Below are positions 54,490 through 64,000 of a stretch of 64,000 nt of DNA, in pieces (the stretch's first letter is position 1; the number at the start of each line of letters is the position of its first letter). Position numbers and translations under genes: made by a program. The DNA comes from Candidatus Limiplasma sp. (lineage in GTDB: Bacteria > Bacillota > Clostridia > Christensenellales > Aristaeellaceae), in assembly GCA_963663285.2 (NCBI GenBank), contig CAXXNI010000004.1:491805-555804 (forward strand). The letters run 5' to 3'. The notes beneath the pieces are model-generated. The model had not been told where the DNA came from. It saw only the letters and a list, made by a program, of their open reading frames with translations, and did no database searches.

Positions 54490-56049
54490 ATGGAAACAAC
54501 GCTTGCCCCTGTAATGGAAGCACAGGGAATTACCAAACTTTATCCCGGAACGGTTGCTTTAAGAGATGTGGATTTCAGCGTTTATCCCGGCAAGGTAAAC
54601 GTATTGATTGGTGAAAACGGAGCCGGAAAATCAACATTAATGAAAATCCTCGCGGGCATTGAGAAACCCTCCGATGGCCGCGTATACCTGCAAGGCGAAG
54701 AAGTGCATTTTGCCGATACCCGAGAGGCCAGCCAAAGCGGCGTTGGCATCATCCATCAGGAACTGAATTTATTCCCCGAAATGCGAGTGGCGGATAATAT
54801 GTTCGCGGGAAAAGAAATCTCAAATTTCGGGGTGATCGACCGGAAAAAGCAGGCCCAAATGGCTTCGACTGTGCTAAATCGCCTGCAGCCCGGCATCAAC
54901 CCCAATGAGTGGATGCTGAACCTTCGTGTGGGACAGCAGCAGATTGTTGAAATCGCCAAAACCATGCTGGAGGAGAAATTAAAGGTTCTCATTATGGATG
55001 AACCGACCAGCTCGCTTTCCAACGCCGAGGTCGAGGTGCTTTTCAAGCTGATTGAGGATTTAAAGGCGCAGGGCATAGCGATTATTTACATTTCCCACAG
55101 GCTGGAGGAGATTATCCGGATCGGCGATTATGTAACCATTCTCCGGGACGGCCAAAGGGTCGCCAATGCCGAAGTGAAGGACATTGATGTCGACTGGATT
55201 ATCAAGCACATGGTGGGGCATTCCAACCTGACCATTGAAAAAGAGCCGTACGAGGGCGAACCGGAACCGATTATGACGGTCAAAGATTATTGCCTGCCCC
55301 GCATGGGCGGAGGCTGGACGGTCGACCATGTAAGCTTTACGCTGCATAAAGGTGAGGTTCTGGGCATATACGGCTTAATGGGCGCAGGCCGTACAGAATT
55401 GGTAGAAAGCTTGATGGGGCTTCATTCGGAATCATCGGGAAGCGTAGTTTTGGATGGAGAGACCATTGAAAAACCCAATATTACGCAGCAGATTGCAAGG
55501 GGAATGGTGCTTGTGCCCGAGGACAGGCAGCGGGATGGACTGGTGCAAACCATGTCGATTTCAAACAACCTGCTTCTTACCAGCATACCGCACTTTACCA
55601 AAAACGGCGTCATCCGCCGGGAGCAATGCAAAAAAGCGGTGGATTGCACGGTAAAGGATATGCAAATCAAAGTGGCGGACGTACGGCATTTAATTACCAG
55701 CCTTTCCGGAGGCAACCAACAAAAGGTGGTCATCGGGAAATGCGTTATGTCCAATGCCCGGGTATTTATGATGGACGAGCCTTCGCGCGGCATCGATGTG
55801 GGGGCGAAAACAGATATCTTTATCTTGATGCGTAAATTTGCCGGGCAGGGAAACGGCGTGATATTCGTCGGTAGCGAGTTAAAAGAGATTATATCCGTTT
55901 GCGACCGCGTGTTGGTGATGAGCAACGGCAAGCTGACTGCGGATTTATCGGGTCCGGAGATTACGGAATCCTCGCTGGTGGCTGCATCTGCCGCCAATTT
56001 ATTTACTGGCAAAGCAGCCGGCATGATCGAAGGGAGCGTCGTACAATGA
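54490..56049 (+). CDS. sugar ABC transporter ATP-binding protein (two NBDs, RbsA-like), intact
   Basis: GENGAGKSTL, LIMDEPTSSL, GLMGAGRTEL, LSGGNQQK and FMMDEPSRGID. The ATG at 54490 follows a GGAGG RBS. Confidence 0.9.
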   Translation: METTLAPVMEAQGITKLYPGTVALRDVDFSVYPGKVNVLIGENGAGKSTLMKILAGIEKPSDGRVYLQGEEVHFADTREASQSGVGIIHQELNLFPEMRVADNMFAGKEISNFGVIDRKKQAQMASTVLNRLQPGINPNEWMLNLRVGQQQIVEIAKTMLEEKLKVLIMDEPTSSLSNAEVEVLFKLIEDLKAQGIAIIYISHRLEEIIRIGDYVTILRDGQRVANAEVKDIDVDWIIKHMVGHSNLTIEKEPYEGEPEPIMTVKDYCLPRMGGGWTVDHVSFTLHKGEVLGIYGLMGAGRTELVESLMGLHSESSGSVVLDGETIEKPNITQQIARGMVLVPEDRQRDGLVQTMSISNNLLLTSIPHFTKNGVIRREQCKKAVDCTVKDMQIKVADVRHLITSLSGGNQQKVVIGKCVMSNARVFMMDEPSRGIDVGAKTDIFILMRKFAGQGNGVIFVGSELKEIISVCDRVLVMSNGKLTADLSGPEITESSLVAASAANLFTGKAAGMIEGSVVQ

Positions 56050-57107
56050 GCAGAACCGGAAAATACAGGAAGCTACAGGGGCAGGCATCTCTGGGTATGC
56101 TTCTTCTGAAAGGCCGCACGTTTATCGCGCTGGCAATCCTGTTGATTTATTTTTCCTTCCGCGCGCCAAACTTCACGGAATGGGGCAGCGTGGTACTTAT
56201 GGTAAAGCACGCCTCCATTTACGGCCTGCTGGCGCTTGGTATGACTATGGTCATTATCACCGGCGGTATCGACCTGAGCGTTGGCTCCATTGTCGGGCTG
56301 TCCGGTATGGTTGCCGGCGGCATGATGATTGAAGGTATCAGGCTGCCGTTCATTGCCGGAACGGTGTATCCCAATGTTCCGCTGATCCTGCTGATCGTTT
56401 TTGTACTCGCGATTGTCGTTGGCCTCTGCTCCGGTGAGTTGATCGCCAGGCTGAAAGTTCCGGCATTTATTGCGACACTGGGTGCAATGTACATCTGCCG
56501 CGGCGCGGCGATGCTTCGCAGCGGCGGCGCGACGTTCCCCAACCTGTTTGGCGACGCGGCCAAAGGCAATCTGGGTTTTGACCTGATTGGCTCCGGCACC
56601 ATACCGGGCGTTGATATTCCGTATTCCATTGTTATCTTTTTGGTGATGGCGCTGATATCCGGATTCATTATGAAAAAGACGCCGCTTGGCAATCAGATTT
56701 ATGCTGTGGGCGGCAACGAGCGCGCGGCGCAGCTGTCAGGCATTAAAATCCACAAGGTGAAGGTGTTTGTGTACATCTTCTCGGCGCTGCTTGCTTCTAT
56801 GAGCGGCATTATCATGACCAGCCAGCTTCGCGCAGCGCACCCGGCGACCGGTGAAAGCTGGGAAATGAATGCCATTGCTTCCGTTGTACTGGGCGGCACA
56901 AGCATGAGCGGCGGCGTGGGCACCATCGGCGGCACCATCATAGGTGTATTGGTCATAACGGTTCTCAATGACGGAATGATCATGATGGGTGTCAGCTCGT
57001 TCTGGCAAATGGTCATCAAAGGCGTTGTAATCATTGTTGCGGTTGTGATTGACCTTGTGCAGAAAGATCTGCAAAAGAAGGCGGCGCTCGCGGCGCGGCT
57101 GAAGTAA
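56046..57107 (+). CDS. ABC transporter permease (RbsC-like)
   Basis: The ATG overlaps the ATPase stop (ATGA). The motif GGIDLSVGS is present and the product has about 10 TM segments over 353 aa. Confidence 0.9.
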   Translation: MSRTGKYRKLQGQASLGMLLLKGRTFIALAILLIYFSFRAPNFTEWGSVVLMVKHASIYGLLALGMTMVIITGGIDLSVGSIVGLSGMVAGGMMIEGIRLPFIAGTVYPNVPLILLIVFVLAIVVGLCSGELIARLKVPAFIATLGAMYICRGAAMLRSGGATFPNLFGDAAKGNLGFDLIGSGTIPGVDIPYSIVIFLVMALISGFIMKKTPLGNQIYAVGGNERAAQLSGIKIHKVKVFVYIFSALLASMSGIIMTSQLRAAHPATGESWEMNAIASVVLGGTSMSGGVGTIGGTIIGVLVITVLNDGMIMMGVSSFWQMVIKGVVIIVAVVIDLVQKDLQKKAALAARLK

Positions 57108-57291
57108 GCTACCCCTTCTCTTCTGAGAAACTGCCGGAGCAGCGCGCCCTGCGCGCTTTCTCCGGCGGCTATGGAGCAGTCGGGTGATGTTCTTGATTCG
57201 ATACAACGAGGCCGATAAGCACCCTTGCGCAGGTGGTTGATTTGGCGGCGGTTCGGTCTCTTTCAATATCCTCAAGTCAGGAGGCTTTTTT

Positions 57292-58116
57292 ATGGATGCA
57301 AACCAAATCCGGGTGTTGGCAAACCAGCGGCGAGCTGACGCGGTTACGATGATCCACCGTGCCAACACAGGGCACACCGGCGGTTCCATGAGCTCGCTGG
57401 ATATTTTATCTGTGTTGTATTACGATGTGCTGCATGTGAACTCGCAAGCGCCTATGTGGCCGGATCGTGACCGGTTTCTTCTTTCCAAGGGCCACAGCGT
57501 GGAAGGTTATCTGGCTGTGTTGGCGGATAAGGGCTTTTTCCCCAAAGAAGCGCTGGCGACATTTTCAAAGGCGGGCAGCGGACTGATCGGGCACCCGAAC
57601 AACTGCGTTCCCGGCGTAGAGCTGTGCACAGGCGCTTTGGGGCACGGGCTGCCAATCGGCGTCGGCATGGCGCTCGCGGCCAAACGGCTGGGAAAAGACT
57701 ACCGCACCTTTGTACTGATGGGCGACGGCGAGCAGGGCGAGGGCAGTGTATGGGAAGCCGCCATGTCCGGCGCCAACTATCATCTGGACAATTTATACGC
57801 GATCATTGACCGCAACGGCCTGCAAATCAGCGGCAGTACGGAAGATGTGATGGCGCTGGAAAATTTCCACGCCAAATGGGAAGCATTCGGCTGGGCGGTC
57901 GACGAGGTGGACGGCAACGATCCGGCTGCGCTGCTGCAGTACTTCCATACCGTAAAGGCGGAAGGAAAGCCGCACTGCCTGATTGCACATACGGTGAAGG
58001 GCAAAGGTTTGCCGTTTGCTGAAAACCGAAAGGATTGGCACCATAAGGTGCCTACGGCCGAGCAGCTGGCCGAAGCCTACGCTGCACTGGGCGTGAAAGG
58101 GGTTGACTGGGCATGA
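57292..58116 (+). CDS. transketolase, N-terminal (TPP-binding) subunit
   Basis: RANTGHTGGSMSSLDIL and GDGEQGEGSVWEA motifs. Length 274 aa. Confidence 0.9.
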   Translation: MDANQIRVLANQRRADAVTMIHRANTGHTGGSMSSLDILSVLYYDVLHVNSQAPMWPDRDRFLLSKGHSVEGYLAVLADKGFFPKEALATFSKAGSGLIGHPNNCVPGVELCTGALGHGLPIGVGMALAAKRLGKDYRTFVLMGDGEQGEGSVWEAAMSGANYHLDNLYAIIDRNGLQISGSTEDVMALENFHAKWEAFGWAVDEVDGNDPAALLQYFHTVKAEGKPHCLIAHTVKGKGLPFAENRKDWHHKVPTAEQLAEAYAALGVKGVDWA

Positions 58117-59036
58117 ATAAGGAAGCAGCCAGAACAGCTTTTACCCGCACGCTTTTGGAACTGGCGCGCGAAGATAAATCCATTTTCGCAATCGCGACGG
58201 ATAGCCGCGGCAGTGTAACCCTGACGGATTTTGCGGATGAACTGCCCGGGCAGTTTGTGGAGTGCGGCATTGCCGAGCAAGACGCGATTGGGATTTCGGC
58301 AGGGTTGGCAAACGGCGGCGTTCGCCCCTTTGTATGCGGACCTGCATGCTTTTATTCACTGCGCTCTGCCGAACAGGTGAAGGTGGACGTGGCTTACAGC
58401 CATATGAATGTGAAGATCATCGGCGTATCCGGCGGTGTCAGCTACGGGGCGCTGGGTTCCACGCACCACGCTACACAGGATATTGCACTTATGCGCGCTA
58501 TTCCCGGGCTGGAAATATTCCTGCCTGCGGACGGACCGCAGATGGAAGCGCTGACGAAATATCTGGCGAAGTCCGATGAACCCGCTTATGTGCGCATGGG
58601 CCGCGGCGCGGTGCCGACGGTGTACGAAGGAAACGTGCCGTTTACACCCGGCAAGGCAAACCTGCTTACAAAAGGTACGCACGCAGCAATCATCGCCTGC
58701 GGGGAAATGGTATATCCCTCTTTGCAGGCGGCGGAGCTGTTGGCTGCGGATGGCATCAATGTATCGGTATATGATATGCACACGCTGCGCCCGCTGGATG
58801 AAGATGCGATTCTGGAGGCGGCGGAAACCGGCTTTGTGGTAACGGTAGAAGAACATGATGTGCACGGCGGTCTGGGCAGCGCAGTGGCGGAGGTGTTGTC
58901 GCAGCGGAAACCAACCCGGATGAAAATACTTGGTTTGCCGGATGAGAAATTATTTACCGGCACCAGCGCGGAAGTTTTTGAATATTACCACCTGACACCG
59001 CAAGGCATCGCTTTGACCGTGAAACAGGGGCGGTGA
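58113..59036 (+). CDS. transketolase, C-terminal (pyrimidine-binding) subunit
   Basis: FVECGIAEQDAIGISAGLA motif. Length 307 aa. ATGA overlap with the N-terminal subunit gene. Confidence 0.9.
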   Translation: MNKEAARTAFTRTLLELAREDKSIFAIATDSRGSVTLTDFADELPGQFVECGIAEQDAIGISAGLANGGVRPFVCGPACFYSLRSAEQVKVDVAYSHMNVKIIGVSGGVSYGALGSTHHATQDIALMRAIPGLEIFLPADGPQMEALTKYLAKSDEPAYVRMGRGAVPTVYEGNVPFTPGKANLLTKGTHAAIIACGEMVYPSLQAAELLAADGINVSVYDMHTLRPLDEDAILEAAETGFVVTVEEHDVHGGLGSAVAEVLSQRKPTRMKILGLPDEKLFTGTSAEVFEYYHLTPQGIALTVKQGR

Positions 59037-60511
59037 AGGCAGTGGAACGATTTGTAATCGCCATTGACCAGAGCACTTCTGCCAGCAAGGTTTTTCGGAT
59101 CAACCGGCACGGGGAGATTGTGAAACGCTTTTCCAAGTCTCATCAGCAATATTACCCGAAACCGGCTTATGTGGAGCATGACGCGCAGGAGATTTGGCAA
59201 AATGTTCTGGAAGGCATTGCGGCAATGGCCGAAGGATTAGCGCCCGAGCAGATTGCGGCGATCGGCATCAGCAATCAGCGGGAAACAACCGTGCTGTGGG
59301 AACGTGCTACCGGCAAACCGGCCTGCCATGCCGTGGTGTGGCAGGATGTGCGGGGGGAGACCCTTTGCAGTGAGCTGGAGGCGTACGGCGAGACGATCAA
59401 GGCGAAAACCGGGTTGGTATTGTCGGCTTATTACCCGGCAGCGAAAGCGGCAAGCGTGCTAAGGGAACAACCGGAGCTGGCGGATAAAGCCGGTAAAGGC
59501 GAACTGTGCATTGGCACGGTGGATAGCTATTTGGTATACCGGCTTACCGGCGGGCGGGCATTCCGCACAGATGTAAGCAACGCCAGCCGAACGGAACTGT
59601 GCGATTTGCATACGCTCCAATGGGACAGCGCTTTGTGCGGGCTTTTCAATATCCCGATTGACTGCCTGCCGGAGATTGTTTCCTCGGACGGGGATTTTGG
59701 GACCACGGATTGTCCGGGGATTCCCGTAGGGATTCCCATTACAGGCGTTATGGGCGACAGCCACGCCGCGTTGTTCGGGCAGGGATGCCTGAAGCGGGGC
59801 ATGACGAAGGCGACTTTCGGTACCGGCAGCAGTGTGATGATGAACGTTGGTATCACCGTGCCGGTCTCGCGCAACGGGCTATCGGTTTCTGTTGGCTTCG
59901 GCTTCCGGGGGGAAACCTGTTACGTGTTGGAAGGCAACATCACCAGCTCGGCGGATACGCTGTGCTGGCTGCGTGACGAGGCGGAAATGGTACCGGATGT
60001 GGAGAGCGTGGAAACCATTGCCGCAAGCGTGCCTTCGAGCGAGGGTGTATATTTGGTACCGGCTTTCTCCGGGCTGGGAGCGCCGTATTTCGATGGCAAA
60101 GCGCGCGCGGCGATTACCGGCATGAACAGAGGCACCCGGCGCGCGCATATTGTGCGTGCGGCGTTGGAAAGTATGGCTTATCAAGATGTGGATGTTATTG
60201 AGGCCATGCGCATGGATACCGGCGAAACGCTTCGCGAACTCCGCGTGGATGGCGGCCCGACCCGTAACCGGCTGCTGATGCAATTGCTGTCAGATCTGCT
60301 GGGCTGCGGAGTACGCTGCGCCGCGCAGAGCGAGTTGAGCGCATTGGGCGCCGGCTATATGGCCGGTTTGAAAACAGGTGTGTTTGAGGATTTGGAGGCC
60401 ATTCCCGCGTATTGCAATACCGGATCGGCCTACCAGCCGATGATGGATGCGAGCGAGCGCGAGGCGCTGCTGGCCGGTTGGCGGGCGGCAGTGGAACGCT
60501 GCCGTAGATAA
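59033..60511 (+). CDS. FGGY-family kinase, glycerol-kinase-like
   Basis: IAIDQSTSASK, GISNQRETTVLWE and VWQDVR are GlpK-type motifs. The GTG start overlaps the upstream stop (GTGA). Confidence 0.85.
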   Translation: MKAVERFVIAIDQSTSASKVFRINRHGEIVKRFSKSHQQYYPKPAYVEHDAQEIWQNVLEGIAAMAEGLAPEQIAAIGISNQRETTVLWERATGKPACHAVVWQDVRGETLCSELEAYGETIKAKTGLVLSAYYPAAKAASVLREQPELADKAGKGELCIGTVDSYLVYRLTGGRAFRTDVSNASRTELCDLHTLQWDSALCGLFNIPIDCLPEIVSSDGDFGTTDCPGIPVGIPITGVMGDSHAALFGQGCLKRGMTKATFGTGSSVMMNVGITVPVSRNGLSVSVGFGFRGETCYVLEGNITSSADTLCWLRDEAEMVPDVESVETIAASVPSSEGVYLVPAFSGLGAPYFDGKARAAITGMNRGTRRAHIVRAALESMAYQDVDVIEAMRMDTGETLRELRVDGGPTRNRLLMQLLSDLLGCGVRCAAQSELSALGAGYMAGLKTGVFEDLEAIPAYCNTGSAYQPMMDASEREALLAGWRAAVERCRR

Positions 60512-60556
60512 AATAGACGATCGCAGGCGGCAGTCGCCTGACAAGGAGGCATAAAT

Positions 60557-61960
60557 ATGGCAACTTTTGGAGTGTTGATTAGCAACCGAAGCTTTTTCCC
60601 GGATCATCTGGTGCTTACAACGCGTGAGAAACTGCTTACTTCTTTGGAAAAGTGGGGGCATAAGGTGATTACGCTCTCAACAGAGGATACCTTCATGGGA
60701 GAGACCATGACGTATGACGAAGCGAAGAAGTGCGCGGCGTTGTTTAAAGCGCATGAGGACGAACTCGACGGTGTGATTATCAGCCTGCCTAATTTCGGCG
60801 AAGAAACGGGCATTGCGGATGCGATCCGGTGGAGCAGGCTGGATTGCCCGATTTTGATCCAGGCTTGCGACGATGATTTTGATAAACTTCAGCTGGAAAA
60901 CCGTCGCGATGCATTTTGCGGAAAATTAAGCCTTTGCAACAACCTGTATCAGAATAACATTAAATACACGCTCACCACCCGGCATACCTGCCCGGTGGAC
61001 GGCGAAGAATTTCACGCCGACGTGGAGCGTTTTGCCAGTGTTTGCGCAGTGGTTAAAGCCATGCGAACCGCACGCATCGGGCAGATCGGCGCGCGGGTGA
61101 TGCCGTTTCGTACGGTCCGCTATTCGGAAAAGCTGTTGCAGCAATGCGGCATCACTGTGGAAACAGAAGACTTCAGCGAAATTATGGCGGATATCGCGGC
61201 GATTACCGATGAGCAGCAGATTGCCGATAAAGTATCTGAAATCACCGGGTATGGTAATGTCGCTCCCGGCACCGCAGATGAAAAACTGGTAAAGCAGGCG
61301 AAACTCTGCATTGCGCTGGATAACTGGATGGCGGAGCATCATTGCCAAGCAAGCGCTATCCAATGCTGGGATAGTGTAGAGGCCAATTACGGCTGCGCCG
61401 TATGCCTTGCGATGAGCATGATGGGGGAAAAGGGCATGCCCAGCGCCTGCGAAACCGATGTGATGGGCGCGGTCAGCATGCTGGCGCTGCTGAAAGCGGG
61501 CGGTGTGCCGCCGATCTATCAGGATTGGAATAACAATTACCAAAACGAGCCGAACAAATGCATCAACGTGCATTGCAGTAACTACCCGGCATGTGCGTTC
61601 TCCGAGAAGCCGGAGATCGCCAATTTGGACATTCTGGCGACTACGCTGGGAACGGATGTGAGCTTCGGCGCGCTGAAAGGCCGTGTGCGGCCCTCGGAAA
61701 TGACGTTCTTAAAAGTATCTACCGATGATAAGAACGGAAAGATCAAATGCTATCTTGGAGAGGGTACGTTTACGAATGATCCGCTGCCGACTTTTGGCGG
61801 GGTAGCGGTGTGCGAAGTCCCGGACCTGAATGGTCTGATGCGGCACTTGACGAAAAACGGCTATGAGCACCACGTTGCGCTGGCGCAGGCAAGCTGCGCG
61901 GATGTGTTGGAAGAGGCGCTGAGCAACTATATGGGATGGGATGTTTACCGCCATTGTTAA
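60557..61960 (+). CDS. L-fucose/L-arabinose isomerase-family protein (short, about 467-aa type)
   Basis: AAGGAGG RBS. The N-terminus MATFGVLISNRSFFPDHL and the overall layout resemble FucI-related isomerases annotated in Firmicutes and Thermotogae. The call is from memory. Confidence 0.7.
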   Translation: MATFGVLISNRSFFPDHLVLTTREKLLTSLEKWGHKVITLSTEDTFMGETMTYDEAKKCAALFKAHEDELDGVIISLPNFGEETGIADAIRWSRLDCPILIQACDDDFDKLQLENRRDAFCGKLSLCNNLYQNNIKYTLTTRHTCPVDGEEFHADVERFASVCAVVKAMRTARIGQIGARVMPFRTVRYSEKLLQQCGITVETEDFSEIMADIAAITDEQQIADKVSEITGYGNVAPGTADEKLVKQAKLCIALDNWMAEHHCQASAIQCWDSVEANYGCAVCLAMSMMGEKGMPSACETDVMGAVSMLALLKAGGVPPIYQDWNNNYQNEPNKCINVHCSNYPACAFSEKPEIANLDILATTLGTDVSFGALKGRVRPSEMTFLKVSTDDKNGKIKCYLGEGTFTNDPLPTFGGVAVCEVPDLNGLMRHLTKNGYEHHVALAQASCADVLEEALSNYMGWDVYRHC

Positions 61961-62108
61961 TGTTGAGAAATCGGATCGAATTGGCGCGATGAACGCTGCG
62001 GATACCCCTTTGGCAAGCAGCGGTGCCGGGTACAATTGTATATTGCGCACGTAATTGTGCAAAATGTTGTTTATAAGTACGACTCGTGCGCCAAACAGCA
62101 AATACAAA

Positions 62109-62142
62109 CAGGCGCGCGCCCGCATTTGTGGACGCGCGCCTG
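62109..62142. terminator. GC-rich hairpin; the T-rich flank lies on the minus-strand side
   Basis: CAGGCGCGCG (62109-62118) pairs with CGCGCGCCTG (62133-62142) around a 14-nt loop. The minus-strand downstream flank is TTTGTATTTG and the plus-strand flank is not T-rich. Confidence 0.35.
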
Positions 62143-62501
62143 CTTGATGAAAATATGGATCGTGCGGGCAAACGCCGTAGGCAATTGCTTGGCAGAGGTG
62201 CTGATGAACCATCCAAAGGACGAAGTGCAGAGCGTCGTTGATATACAGCAAAAGGACAAAGGGTTTCTTCGCGGCTGAATGAGGGCGTTTGAAAAGGAGC
62301 TTTGCAAACGCGGATTACCATTCGTATAATGTCGGGTTTATACCGGGGAGAAACAGGTGCCGCAGGAGGATGCGAGATTATCAATAACCGCGAAACACTT
62401 ATCAAACAACAAGCTTTCGCGCGCTATACCGGTAAAATACGCAGCAATGAAACGAAAAAATAATGAGAATGATAATGTAAAAAACTGTGCTTGACGTAAA
62501 C

Positions 62502-62534
62502 ACGTACTGAAGATTTGCAAAATATTCAGTACGT
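62502..62534. promoter_or_regulatory. 33-bp near-perfect palindrome next to the lacI-family promoter
   Basis: In ACGTACTGAAGATTTGCAAAATATTCAGTACGT, 14 of 16 symmetric pairs match, including the outer 10 bp which are perfect. It ends 3 nt before the predicted -35. Confidence 0.5.
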
Positions 62535-62536
62535 AC

Positions 62537-62564
62537 TTGAAACAATTTAGTATTATGTTATTAT
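62537..62564 (+). promoter_or_regulatory. candidate promoter with extended -10 for the LacI-family gene
   Basis: TTGAAA (62537-62542), a 16-nt spacer and TGt-TATTAT (-10 at 62559-62564). Confidence 0.45.
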
Positions 62565-62640
62565 AGTAAAGAGAAGTTTGGGGAGAACGACGCAAATAGC
62601 AGTGTGTTGTAGTGGTTCTCATGAAAGGATGAAAGCCTTT

Positions 62641-63669
62641 ATGAAAATTAGGGTTCGTGACATAGCTGCTAAAGCAGGCGTATCTCCAGCAACAGTCAGC
62701 AATGCGTTAAATGGAAGGCCGGGCGTTAGCGAGGAGAATTCACGCTATATATTGAAACTGGCTGAAGAAATGGGTTATGTTGTTACCAAAAGCAGTAATA
62801 ACATGGCGGATAAAAGCTATGTCCGCCTAGTCATGTTCAAGCGTCACGGCCTTGTTGTAATGGATACTCAGTTTTTTATGGATCTGGTGGAAAGCGTTGA
62901 GCGTGAGTGCCAGGCAATGGGACATGATATGATTATCACGCACATTGAGATCGCAAAGGACATTGACTATAAAGACCGTATTCGGACGATCTGCGCGGAA
63001 AAATGCGCGGGGGTTTTGATTATGGGAACCGAAATGTACCCGGAGGATTTGGAGCTGTTTGCCAACTGCGTTTCGCCGCTTGTTGTGCTGGATAATCTTT
63101 TCCGCCATGAGCAGGTGCATGCCGTGGTGATGAATAATTACGATGCCGGCTATCAGGCTACTAACGCATTATATACCGCGGGGCATCGGCGTATTGATAA
63201 TATTACCAGCACCGTTGAATTCAGCAATATGAGATATCGGCGCAAGGGGTATGAAGCTGCCATGCTGGAGCATGATCTTACTTTTGATGAAAATAACATA
63301 TGGCGAGTAACGCCGACGCTGGATGGAGCCTATCGCGATATGAGCGTTCTGCTGGAGAGCGGAAGAAAACCGCCGACAGCGTTCTTTGCGGGCAACGATA
63401 TTATGGCGGTCGGCTGTATGCGGGCGCTTGAAGAAAAGGGTTACTCCGTTCCTGCGGATGTATCGCTGATAGGGATGGATGATTTATCCATTTGCCAGTT
63501 CTGCACACCCCCGCTTTCGACAATCCGTGTATTTCGCCAGGAATTGGGGATTACGGCAGCGCGGACGCTGTTAAATATTGCGGGACGGCTGAACTATTGT
63601 ACGGTGAAAACAGAAATGAGCGTTGTGCTTGTGGAACGGGGCAGCGTGACGGCGCCCAAAGAAGTATAG
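62641..63669 (+). CDS. LacI-family transcriptional regulator
   Basis: MKIRVRDIAAKAGVSPATVSNALNG is the HTH and it is followed by a PBP-type sugar-binding domain. The product is about 342 aa from the ATG at 62641. Confidence 0.9.
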   Translation: MKIRVRDIAAKAGVSPATVSNALNGRPGVSEENSRYILKLAEEMGYVVTKSSNNMADKSYVRLVMFKRHGLVVMDTQFFMDLVESVERECQAMGHDMIITHIEIAKDIDYKDRIRTICAEKCAGVLIMGTEMYPEDLELFANCVSPLVVLDNLFRHEQVHAVVMNNYDAGYQATNALYTAGHRRIDNITSTVEFSNMRYRRKGYEAAMLEHDLTFDENNIWRVTPTLDGAYRDMSVLLESGRKPPTAFFAGNDIMAVGCMRALEEKGYSVPADVSLIGMDDLSICQFCTPPLSTIRVFRQELGITAARTLLNIAGRLNYCTVKTEMSVVLVERGSVTAPKEV

Positions 63670-63950
63670 CTGCTATTTTTGATCATTATCATGATCAGCT
63701 TTCATGCGATACCTTTGAGCTGCCGGATGGACGTAACCGAAAAAAAGCGAACGAAGCTGTCATGATGAAGACTGTTTCGCTATTTTCTGACACGTGACTC
63801 ACCGCCGCATGCACCGAGCGGAATGGCAGCTCCGGATATGGCGCAGCGAAGAGAAAAACCATAGGGCACTTGCTGATGAAATAAAGCAACCCTTATCGCA
63901 GTGGATGATAGAGGTTAAATGGTATACGTATAATGCGGCCAATGTAAAAA

Positions 63951-63979
63951 GCCCCTCGAAACAAACGGTTTCGAGGGGC
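63951..63979. terminator. intrinsic terminator hairpin, probably serving a minus-strand gene beyond the window end
   Basis: GCCCCTCGAAAC-AAACG-GTTTCGAGGGGC forms a 12-bp stem. It is flanked by AAAAA on the left (TTTTT on the minus strand) and TTT on the right. Confidence 0.6.
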
Positions 63980-64000
63980 TTTGCCTGGCGTTACCGCCGG

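Noticed and set aside
57133-57166. An imperfect GC-rich hairpin (GCCGGA...GCGCGC-CCT-GCGCGC...TCCGGC) between the permease and transketolase genes.
   Set aside because: It has no T tract, so it is not a convincing terminator. It may be an mRNA-stabilising or processing element, but nothing in the sequence distinguishes that from chance GC-rich pairing.

Overview
This 64-kb chromosomal segment is most likely from a moderately high-GC Gram-positive anaerobe. A Clostridia-type origin is inferred from GGAGG ribosome-binding sites, a YesM/YesN-type two-component system and LplABC-type oligosaccharide importers. I recognised no rRNA, tRNA, CRISPR array, transposase, integrase, phage or known defence genes. 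The window is a mosaic of sugar and amino-acid scavenging modules, listed in order.

- (1) 0.2-10 kb: a ROK regulator-cutC-GH29 fucosidase operon, divergent from an LplBCA-type ABC importer, followed by a large cytoplasmic transglutaminase-core protein with a eukaryotic-PNGase-like GRCGE motif.
- (2) 10.2-14.8 kb: rhaB-rhaA-rhaD plus an AraC regulator.
- (3) 15-19.3 kb: an aldo-keto reductase-GH112 phosphorylase-M24 peptidase operon.
- (4) 19.4-27.6 kb: an AraC regulator plus M20 dipeptidase, YhaM/CyuA-like cysteine desulfidase, a URO-D-family protein and a second LplBCA-type importer.
- (5) 27.8-33.1 kb: a convergent operon of MBL hydrolase, D-aminoacylase, RidA and a D-TA-family PLP enzyme, with a YheO-like regulator.
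- (6) 33.4-44.4 kb: a GntR/HutC-controlled operon containing a ribose-type ABC system, a phosphotriesterase-family enzyme, creatininase, an FGGY kinase, an unknown 422-aa protein and an M20 deacylase. Three of these genes carry +1 frameshifts at short G/C runs.
- (7) 44.5-51.4 kb: an AT-richer block of YesN/YesM-like two-component system, CUT1 ABC importer and cytoplasmic GH5.
- (8) 51.4-52.6 kb: about 1.1 kb of GC-rich sequence with no convincing ORF but with degenerate direct repeats.
- (9) 52.6-63.7 kb: a ribose-type ABC importer with a DUF2291 gene, a split transketolase, a GlpK-like kinase, a FucI-family isomerase and LacI.

The observations most worth follow-up are the PNGase-like protein, the clustered frameshifts, the repeat-bearing non-coding kilobase, the transketolase-dependent sugar module and the N-acyl-D-amino-acid/RidA module. 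All family calls come from reading motifs in the supplied translations and from memory of family signatures. No database search was run.
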